From Parcubacteria group bacterium Gr01-1014_56 (GTDB taxonomy: Bacteria; Patescibacteriota; Minisyncoccia; Phycocordibacterales; SBAW01): a stretch of DNA of 43,043 nt. Location: assembly GCA_007375995.1 (NCBI GenBank), contig VMFK01000001.1:1-43043 (forward strand). Direction: 5' to 3'. This document shows positions 1 through 6,503 of this stretch, one piece after another (the first letter of the stretch is position 1; the number at the start of each line of letters is the position of its first letter). The position numbers were made by a program, and so were the translations under genes. The notes below the pieces were generated by a model. That model saw only the letters and a list, made by a program, of their open reading frames with translations, ran no database searches and was not told the origin of the DNA.

Positions 1-1
1 C

Positions 2-562
2 GACCTCATCACCCATCCGGTTATCATCAACGTCGACTTTTCATACATCCACGCGGTCATGGAGAACGCAGGCTCGGCGCTCATGGGCATCGGTATCGCC
101 TCAGGCGAGAACCGCGCTCAGGCTGCGGCGCAAGCGGCTGTCTCCTCCCCACTTCTTGAGATCTCGATCAACGGTGCTAAGGGTGTCCTCTTTGCTATCG
201 CTGGCGGCGAAGACCTCGGCATGATCGAGGTACATGAGGCAGCAAAGATCATCACCGAGTCTGTGGACCCGAACGCCAAGATCATCTTCGGTGCTATCAA
301 AGACGACAAACTCAAGAAAAACGAGATCCGCGTCACCGTTATCGCGACTGGCTTTCCAGCGGCTGGCATCAACCCTCGCGGCACACCTTTGTTTAACCTG
401 AGTAGAGAAAAGGAGGAGGCTCCACTCGGCAAGATATACAATGCTCCTACTATCCCGACAAAAGATGATATAAAGCCTGACACCAAACCAAAAGTTGAGG
501 ACAAAGAGGATGACGATTGGGGTGCGGTTCCCTCATTTCTCCGCCGACCAAAAATAAAGTAA
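2..562 (+). CDS. ftsZ: Cell division GTPase FtsZ, C-terminal part (5' end lies upstream of the window)
   Basis: The frame is open from nt 2 (DLITHPVIINVDFSYIHAVMENAGSALMGIGIASGENRA...AKGVLF...IRVTVIATGF). This matches the FtsZ C-terminal domain, followed by a variable acidic tail. TAA stop at 560-562. Confidence 0.85.
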   Translation, partial: DLITHPVIINVDFSYIHAVMENAGSALMGIGIASGENRAQAAAQAAVSSPLLEISINGAKGVLFAIAGGEDLGMIEVHEAAKIITESVDPNAKIIFGAIKDDKLKKNEIRVTVIATGFPAAGINPRGTPLFNLSREKEEAPLGKIYNAPTIPTKDDIKPDTKPKVEDKEDDDWGAVPSFLRRPKIK

Positions 563-568
563 ACTAGG

Positions 569-1498
569 TTGATGTACGATCTGGCAATTATAGGTGGTGG
601 GCCCTCTGGGGTCGCCGCGGGGGTGTATGCTGCTCGCAAGCGGCTCAAAACCATTTTTATTGCCGAGGCTATTGGCGGGCAATCGACCGACTCAGTCGGG
701 GTAGAAAACTGGATCGGCACGATAAAGATCTCCGGCCTTGACCTCGCTAAGGCCTTTGAAGCGCATCTCAAAACTTACGCGAGCGATGTTGTTGATATTA
801 AGATCGGCGCACGCGCAACTGCTATAAAGAAGGCAGATGGGCATTTTACAATCACCACGAGCCAAGGAGCATTTGAAGCAAAGTCTGTACTCATTGCAAG
901 TGGTGGCTCCCGCAAGAAACTTGAGGTAAAAGGTGCCGCGGATTTTGAGAACAAAGGTCTCACCTACTGTGCCTCCTGCGACGGCCCGCTCTTCTCGGGC
1001 CAAGATGTCGCCGTTGTCGGCGGTGGTAATGCTGGTTTTGAAAGTGCCGCACAACTTTTGGCGTACTGTAAGTCGGTGACGTTGATTCATCGCTCAAGCG
1101 AGTTTACAAAGGCCGACGCCGCGACGGTTGAGTCGGTACTCGCCCACCCCAACATGAAGGTGCTCAAAAATACTGAGCCAATAGAGGTTAAGGGCAGCGG
1201 GTTTGTAAGCGGATTAGTTGTAAAAAATAAGGAGAGTGGAGAAACGACCGAGCTTCCGGTTGCGGGAGTGTTTGTCGAGATCGGTATGCTGCCCTCAACC
1301 GACTTTGCTAAAGAGATTGTGGCACTAGACGAATATAACCGCGTTAAGGTAGACCCAAAAAATCAGCGGACGAGTGTTGAGGGTATCTGGGCTGCGGGCG
1401 ATTGCACCGACGAGCTCTATCACCAAAACAACATCGCCGCCGGCGATGCAGTCAAAGCCCTTGAGGATATTTACTACTGGATCAAGCGAGCAAAATAA
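569..1498 (+). CDS. trxB: Thioredoxin-disulfide reductase-like FAD/NAD(P) oxidoreductase
   Basis: N-terminal GGGPSG FAD motif, redox CASCDG motif (TrxB has CATCDG), a second GGGNAGFE dinucleotide motif, and C-terminal GDC. 309 aa. Confidence 0.75.
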   Translation: MMYDLAIIGGGPSGVAAGVYAARKRLKTIFIAEAIGGQSTDSVGVENWIGTIKISGLDLAKAFEAHLKTYASDVVDIKIGARATAIKKADGHFTITTSQGAFEAKSVLIASGGSRKKLEVKGAADFENKGLTYCASCDGPLFSGQDVAVVGGGNAGFESAAQLLAYCKSVTLIHRSSEFTKADAATVESVLAHPNMKVLKNTEPIEVKGSGFVSGLVVKNKESGETTELPVAGVFVEIGMLPSTDFAKEIVALDEYNRVKVDPKNQRTSVEGIWAAGDCTDELYHQNNIAAGDAVKALEDIYYWIKRAK

Positions 1499-1501
1499 AT
1501 T

Positions 1502-2005
1502 TTACCAAACTCCTCGCTCATTTCGCACGCCTAAAAGAAAACTGTTTATCCGGCGACGATTTGCCGGCGAGAGATTCTCGGGCAGATGGTTTATATCAAA
1601 GAGACCACGTTCCATGATCTCTAGGTTAGGCACAAACTGCATTCTGCCTTCAAAATCCTCCGTGTAGAGGATGATGACAGAATCCTTGCGGCCCATGCGG
1701 CCACGATAAATGCCAACTTGGCCACCAAAAGAGTTAATTTTATAGCCGATCTCCTCAAAAATCTCCCGTATACCAGCCTCGTTTGCTGTCTCGCCTTTTC
1801 TGATCCCCCCACCAGGGAGTGTCCACACGCCTGGGGTAAACCAATGCCGCACTAAGACTACTGTGTCATCATGCACTAAAATTACGCGTACCCCCGCAAT
1901 GTCTTTTTGGCTACCAAAAACCCTAAGCAACCAGTAGCGCGCGATATAGGCGCACCACTCGATGGTGAGAGAAAGATAAAAAAATACGCGCCACAAGTAT
2001 CGCAT
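1502..2005 (-). CDS. NUDIX hydrolase
   Basis: Nudix box GGGIRKGETANEAGIREIFEEIGY. The start is moved to the ATG at 2005 because the longer ORF (to 2092) runs through tRNA-Glu. Confidence 0.75.
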   Translation of the reverse strand: MRYLWRVFFYLSLTIEWCAYIARYWLLRVFGSQKDIAGVRVILVHDDTVVLVRHWFTPGVWTLPGGGIRKGETANEAGIREIFEEIGYKINSFGGQVGIYRGRMGRKDSVIILYTEDFEGRMQFVPNLEIMERGLFDINHLPENLSPANRRRINSFLLGVRNERGVW

Positions 2006-2016
2006 AAATAGACTTG

Positions 2017-2088
2017 TGACCCTACCGGGAATCGAACCCGGATTAACGGCTTGAAAAGCCGGCGTCCTAACCGTTAGACGATAGGGCC
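2017..2088 (-). tRNA. tRNA-Glu (anticodon UUC)
   Basis: Hand-folded cloverleaf: acceptor GGCCCTA/TAGGGTC, T arm CCGGG-TTCGATT-CCCGG, anticodon loop TTTTCAA. No encoded CCA. Confidence 0.85.
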
Positions 2089-2135
2089 TCATGCTCGCGC
2101 GTGCGAGCGTGTTGGTAGCTCACTACGCGACTACA

Positions 2136-2176
2136 CTTGGATTTTCAACAGCATAGGAATGCTAAGAAAATCTCGG
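2136..2176 (-). repeat. Conserved structured 3' trailer of tRNA-Ser (copy 1)
   Basis: On the minus strand, GAGATTTTC-TT-AGCAT-TCCT-ATGCT-GTT-GAAAATC-CAAG lies directly 3' of tRNA-Ser(CGA). The same 41 nt, with a compensatory stem change, follows tRNA-Ser(GGA) at 23127-23167. Confidence 0.7.
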
Positions 2177-2263
2177 CGGAGAGGGTGAGATTCGAACTCA
2201 CGGTAAGGTTTCCCCTACGCCGCATTTCGAGTGCGGTGCCTTCGACCACTCAGCCACCTCTCC
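2177..2263 (-). tRNA. tRNA-Ser (anticodon CGA)
   Basis: 87 nt with a long variable arm. Acceptor GGAGAGG/CCTCTCC, anticodon loop CTCGAAA, T loop TTCGAAT. Confidence 0.85.
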
Positions 2264-2380
2264 TTGTTGCGATCATGGGCACCGCAAGAGAACAAAAACA
2301 AAATACCATTTTTATGGCGATTAGGCAAAAAGCTTCCTTGCCTCGAAACGAGAGAGTCTCTATACTGGTTCTACTTCTGT

Positions 2381-3070
2381 ATGCAAGCAGTTATCCTAGC
2401 CGCAGGCGAAGGCACGCGCATGCGCCCGCTTACGCTTACGCGCCCTAAACCCCTTGTTGAGGTTCTAGGCAAACCTATCATTGAGCATGTGGTGCGTGCT
2501 CTCCCTGACGAAATTGACGAGATCATTATCGTTGTTAAATACCTACAGGAGCAGATCCGTGCCTACTGCGGCGAGACTTTTTGTGGCAAACGTGTGACCT
2601 ATGTTGAACAAGGGCCACAGAGGGGCACTGCAGGAGCACTTAGCTACGCTCGTCCGTTTATAAACGGCCGCTTTCTTATCACGTTTGCTGACGACCTTTT
2701 AGCAAAAAAAGATATTGAGGAGCTACTCAAATACGAGTACTCGACCTTAGTAACCAGGCACGACCACCCGGAGAATTTCGGTGTCGTCTCGCTTAACCCG
2801 GACGGTACGCTCTACACTATCATCGAGAAGCCTGAGCACCCTAAGACAAACCTTATAAGCACTGGTGTAAGTGTGCTCTCCCCAAAAATTTTCGACTACC
2901 AACCAGAAGAAAGAAAAGGCGAGTTTTTTATGACCGGTATGATCACCGGTTTGGCAAAAGACTTTCCTGTCGTAGTTGTCGAAGCAAGCTTTTGGCAACC
3001 AGTTGGCACGCCCGAGGACATACCTAAAGCAGAAACCGCCCTCCTTGAGCGCTTGAGTGACGATAAATAA
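2381..3070 (+). CDS. Sugar-phosphate nucleotidyltransferase (NTP_transferase family)
   Basis: MQAVILAAGEGTRMRPLTLTRPKPLV signature (GxGTRxxPxT). The start is set at the ATG at 2381, because the longer ORF overlaps tRNA-Ser. Confidence 0.75.
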   Translation: MQAVILAAGEGTRMRPLTLTRPKPLVEVLGKPIIEHVVRALPDEIDEIIIVVKYLQEQIRAYCGETFCGKRVTYVEQGPQRGTAGALSYARPFINGRFLITFADDLLAKKDIEELLKYEYSTLVTRHDHPENFGVVSLNPDGTLYTIIEKPEHPKTNLISTGVSVLSPKIFDYQPEERKGEFFMTGMITGLAKDFPVVVVEASFWQPVGTPEDIPKAETALLERLSDDK

Positions 3071-3076
3071 ATCCTG

Positions 3077-3149
3077 TGCGCGATAGAGGACTCGAACCTC
3101 TGACCCTCCCCACGTCAAGGGGATGCTCTACCAACTGAGCTAACCGCGC
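3077..3149 (-). tRNA. tRNA-Val (anticodon GAC)
   Basis: Acceptor GCGCGGT/ATCGCGC, D arm AGCTCAGTTGGTAGAGC, anticodon loop TTGACGT, T arm AGAGG-TTCGAGT-CCTCT. Confidence 0.85.
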
Positions 3150-3197
3150 GTGTTCAAAACAATAGCAAAAACAACGATTCTGCGCTATACCAACAGT

Positions 3198-4238
3198 ATG
3201 AAAGTGCTTGCGATAGAAACCTCCTGCGACGAGACAGGAATAGCGATTGTTGAGGGAGAAAAGATTTCTGACGGTTTTTCTTTTACTGTGCATAAAAACG
3301 TCTTGCTCTCCCAAGCGGCTCTCCACGCAGAGTTTGGGGGTGTATACCCCAATCTCGCTAAGCGCGAACATCAAAAAAACCTCCCTGTTTTATATGAGCA
3401 GTTTAAAGATGAGGTGGTGGATGCGATCGCAGTTACTCAAGGCCCTGGGCTTGAGCCTGCGCTGTGGACCGGTATCGAATTTGCAAAAAAAGTTGCAGCC
3501 GAGCGCGGCGTGCCGCTCCTCCCTACTAATCATATGGAAGGGCATTTAATTTCTTCTCTAGTACAAAATGGAAAACTCGAGAAAGTTGAGTTGCCTGTGC
3601 TTGCACTCCTTGTCTCCGGCGGACACACAGAGTTTGTTTTAATGGAGAGCTGGTTTAAGTATGAAGTTATCGGCGAGACGCTTGACGACGCTGTGGGCGA
3701 AGCGTTCGATAAAGTTGCGCGTATGCTTGGCTTGGCTTACCCTGGGGGCCCCGAGATTTCCAAATACGCCTCCCAAGCCCGTGAGCAAGGTTTAACCTTG
3801 CTCAAAACACTACCGCGGCCAATGCTCAGGTCGGACAATTGTGATGTCTCGTTCTCTGGCCTCAAAACCGCGGCACTCTACGCACTGCGCGGAAAAGAAT
3901 TATCTGAAGATGAGAAAAAAGCCTTCGCACGTGAGTTTGAGGACGCGGTCACAGAAGTATTTTTAGTAAAAACAAAACGTGCGCTTGAGGAGACAGACGC
4001 AAAAACGTTTGTCATCGGCGGAGGAGTTGCCGCAAATACTTATTTGAGAGAAAAACTGAAGGCGGTCGTTAAATCTGCGTTTGCTGAAGTAGACTTTCTC
4101 CTCCCTGAACGTTCGATAACTGGCGACAATGCGATCATGATCGCTGAAGCCGCACTCGCTCGCCGTCTCTCCGGACTTGACGACTCCGACCAGGGAGATT
4201 TCCGCGCTGTTGGAAATCTCTCAATAGAAAAAGATTGA
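3198..4238 (+). CDS. tsaD: tRNA N6-adenosine threonylcarbamoyltransferase TsaD
   Basis: MKVLAIETSCDETGIAIV, HMEGH and LVSGGHT motifs. The ATG at 3198 is chosen because the GTG at 3150 abuts tRNA-Val (3077-3149). TGA stop at 4236-4238. Confidence 0.9.
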   Translation: MKVLAIETSCDETGIAIVEGEKISDGFSFTVHKNVLLSQAALHAEFGGVYPNLAKREHQKNLPVLYEQFKDEVVDAIAVTQGPGLEPALWTGIEFAKKVAAERGVPLLPTNHMEGHLISSLVQNGKLEKVELPVLALLVSGGHTEFVLMESWFKYEVIGETLDDAVGEAFDKVARMLGLAYPGGPEISKYASQAREQGLTLLKTLPRPMLRSDNCDVSFSGLKTAALYALRGKELSEDEKKAFAREFEDAVTEVFLVKTKRALEETDAKTFVIGGGVAANTYLREKLKAVVKSAFAEVDFLLPERSITGDNAIMIAEAALARRLSGLDDSDQGDFRAVGNLSIEKD

Positions 4239-4465
4239 GCCGCCCGGGTTAGGGACGGCTCTGGTGAGACAACGTCAACGTCGCTTTTGATAGCATCATT
4301 TTTCTCGTCTCACTAATTAAGTGCGGGGCATTGTTCTCTTCGACCAAAATGATCAAGTTTAGCTTTGCCCCGCCCGTGCTTTCGCACGGTATTAATTGGT
4401 GGTGACATCTTTCGAATCGTCTTTATAGACAAATCACCCAACGTCACCACCCTGCCTTGCGGCAG
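4237..4465 (-). ncRNA. Structured RNA unit, distal 3' copy (hairpin 4237-4261; modules 4264-4313, 4323-4373, 4398-4451; GNRA hairpins 4374-4389 and 4452-4465)
   Basis: It has the same stems, in the same order, as the unit at 6172-6399. The tetraloops read GAAA/GCAA only on the minus strand. The terminal hairpin GAGCCG...CGGCTC is followed on the minus strand by AATCTTTTTC. Confidence 0.5.
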
Positions 4466-4480
4466 AATGCAAAGAACTTT

Positions 4481-4737
4481 CGGCGGACACCTCATTTGAA
4501 GTCTCAGACAAGACACTAAAATGGTCGTCCGCCGTCCGCATGCCGAAGCTTACGGAATAGGGTGAGGGGTCAAAGGACCGAGCGTATTTCTAAGAGCGAA
4601 ACACAACCTCCATCACGACCCCTCTTTTCAACATCCGATGTTCAGATACTGGAAAGAGAGGCGAAGTGTGCTTGCACACTTCGCCGATGAGACATACTAT
4701 TTTTTGCTCAACAGAGCAGATAATCGTTCGTCTCATC
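4481..4737 (-). ncRNA. Additional RNA modules directly 3' of the recombinase ORF (module 4686-4737, GC hairpin 4660-4685, stem 4564-4624, module 4481-4534)
   Basis: Modules 4686-4737 and 4481-4534 have the 12-hairpin-12 layout. Their stems co-vary with the copies at 6199-6249 and 6330-6383. Confidence 0.4.
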
Positions 4738-4739
4738 CA

Positions 4740-6050
4740 TCACGCTGCTTTTTGACGAACTTCCACCTGCCGCATTGAGGGATACTCAGGGTCGAGCACG
4801 AACTTTTCAGGATCCCCTTCATACCTTGTCCACTCGCGGTAGAGCCACATCACAAACTGCGAGAGCGTGCGCCAGATGGCCATCTTGTGGATATGGCCAT
4901 TGGTGTACTTTTTCACGCCCTTCTCGTCTGCAACCGGTTCTGGATGCACACGTCTGAAGTATGCCTTGTTCGCAAGGAGCTTTTGGCCCCAGTACGAACC
5001 TGGTCGCCTGTTGAACTGGTCGCCAAGCAGATACAGCGCTTGCCGTACATCTGGGTTCCAGTTTGAAAGTTGACCGCTTCTCCTCCTTGGGAACTTCCCA
5101 TTAAGAAGAATGTGCACGCCAGCAAAGGCCTTGAACTTCGTCTTGTCAGAAAACCGCCTGATATCGACAACGCCCGAGACGACGCGCGAGGCAATTGCCC
5201 AGCCCATGCCTTCGATGTCACCGATGACGCTTTGCCATACACCTGTCGCTTTGACGAGCTTTTCGAGCTCACGCTCGCGCCTTGCTTCTTCGGCCAACAT
5301 TGCCAGTAAAATAGCGTCGTTTGCTTTTGCTTCATCGTATTGCTTCTCCAAGTCTCCTTCAGGGAAATACCCGTCAGGACGGCAGAAGATTGATCCAATG
5401 AAACGTTGGCGTAGACGCTGTTCACAAGCAATACGTGCCTTCATCACATCAATGCGAGCACCAAATGCTACCCGCACAGCGATGATCTCGCGGTCGCGCG
5501 GACGCACTTCGTAAAAATGCGTAGGCGTTGCAAGAAATGTGCGTGCAAGAAGCTCGGCATCGTTGTCTTTCGTTACCTCATTACGAAGCATTTTGAGCTT
5601 CGCGGCTGGCATACGATACACAGTAGCTCCGATTTCTTCGCCGCGACGCGCAAGCGCCAAGGCAGAGTAATCGCCGGAACCGCCGAGCACCATAGCAACA
5701 CAGTCGTCTTTTTTGAGGCCATCAAAACGATCCGCAACCTTCTCAATACGATATAGGTCGCGACCAATCATTCTGGTTTGTACGCCCTCGGGCACAACTT
5801 CGTTCTTCTTCACTTTGCGAAGCTTCAGATAGTGGTCTGGGATACTTGATGCAACATCTTCGCCTGCTTGAAGCGGGCGGAAATGCGTCGGGAATGTGCC
5901 AAGCAAGAAATCATATTCTGCTTGTTCGTCCTCAAGCATATAACTCCCGAGAACTGCTCCCATCTCGCTCAACATGACGACTTGCGTCGGGCGAGCTTCG
6001 CCCTCGGCAGTCTGTTTAACGCGGTGGCGAATGCCAATAATGCGTGTCAT
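4740..6050 (-). CDS. Divergent IS110/IS1111-family (Piv-type) recombinase-like protein
   Basis: The C-terminal half resembles the IS110 Tnp domain (GDIEGMGWAIASRVVSGVVDIRRFSDKTKFKAFAGV, RRRSGQLSNWNPDVRQALYLLG). The middle resembles the RuvC-like part (VAMVLGGSGDYSALALA, TKDNDAELLA). AAGGAG lies 7 nt before the ATG at 6050. TGA stop. Confidence 0.6.
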   Translation of the reverse strand: MTRIIGIRHRVKQTAEGEARPTQVVMLSEMGAVLGSYMLEDEQAEYDFLLGTFPTHFRPLQAGEDVASSIPDHYLKLRKVKKNEVVPEGVQTRMIGRDLYRIEKVADRFDGLKKDDCVAMVLGGSGDYSALALARRGEEIGATVYRMPAAKLKMLRNEVTKDNDAELLARTFLATPTHFYEVRPRDREIIAVRVAFGARIDVMKARIACEQRLRQRFIGSIFCRPDGYFPEGDLEKQYDEAKANDAILLAMLAEEARRERELEKLVKATGVWQSVIGDIEGMGWAIASRVVSGVVDIRRFSDKTKFKAFAGVHILLNGKFPRRRSGQLSNWNPDVRQALYLLGDQFNRRPGSYWGQKLLANKAYFRRVHPEPVADEKGVKKYTNGHIHKMAIWRTLSQFVMWLYREWTRYEGDPEKFVLDPEYPSMRQVEVRQKAA

Positions 6051-6171
6051 GCACGTACTCCTTTTTCTCTGGTTTCTAGTTCGTCTGCAAAGCAGACATG
6101 TCAAAGATCTAAAAAGATCAGCGGAGGCAACCCTCCTCTCGGGCGCCGGATAACCAGCACACGGGAGGAAG

Positions 6172-6399
6172 GGCGAAGCGTATTTCTACGCTTCGCCTGA
6201 TGAAACATGTCTTGATTCGCTCAATGCGCATGACAAACTTTGTTTCACCAATAAATGCGGGGCATTTTTCCTCTCGCTCAAAAAGCAAAGACGTGGTCGC
6301 CCCGCCCGTGCTTTCGCAGGGAATTAACTGGTGGTGACAACCTCATTATCGTTCTTACGAACAAAAGGTGTTTCGTCACCACCACTGCCTTGCGACAGA
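6172..6399 (-). ncRNA. Structured RNA unit 5' of the recombinase ORF (GNRA hairpins 6386-6399 and 6306-6321; modules 6330-6383, 6257-6305, 6199-6249; GC hairpin 6172-6197)
   Basis: Three 12-hairpin-12 modules plus GNRA-capped hairpins, co-oriented with the ORF. Two plus-strand mismatches become G-U pairs on the minus strand. Confidence 0.5.
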
Positions 6400-6503
6400 A
6401 TTTGAATAAGCTTTCTCCTTACTTTGTACTATATAAAGATATATATGTCAATACAACCACTCGCCTGCTGTTAAAGGAAGCTTAATTTGTTAGGATAAAC
6501 TCC

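Larger units (their letters stand above)
4237..6400 (-). mobile_element. Putative IS110-like recombinase locus including its flanking structured-RNA units (true element boundaries not determined)
   Basis: The recombinase ORF plus repeated RNA modules fill the whole tsaD-valS gap. No terminal inverted repeats were seen, which is expected for IS110-type elements. Confidence 0.4.

Noticed and set aside
2006-2092. N-terminal ORF extensions that overlap tRNA genes (1502-2092, 2231-2380), plus the GTG start at 3150 that directly abuts tRNA-Val (3077-3149)
   Set aside because: The first two extensions run through tRNA-Glu and tRNA-Ser(CGA), and the third start leaves no gap after tRNA-Val. Internal ATG starts at 2005, 2381 and 3198 give proteins that begin at the conserved family N-termini.
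4313-4516. Short ORFs inside the recombinase flanks (4313-4516 minus, 5868-6200 plus, 6255-6485 plus)
   Set aside because: They run across the conserved stems. Differences between the repeat copies are compensatory for base-pairing rather than frame-preserving. There is no SD and the composition is not protein-like.
4237-6503. Group II intron or retron as an explanation for the structured RNA plus ORF
   Set aside because: The ORF has no reverse-transcriptase motifs (no YxDD). Its recognisable motifs are IS110/Piv-like. The RNA consists of repeated modules, not the six-domain intron layout.
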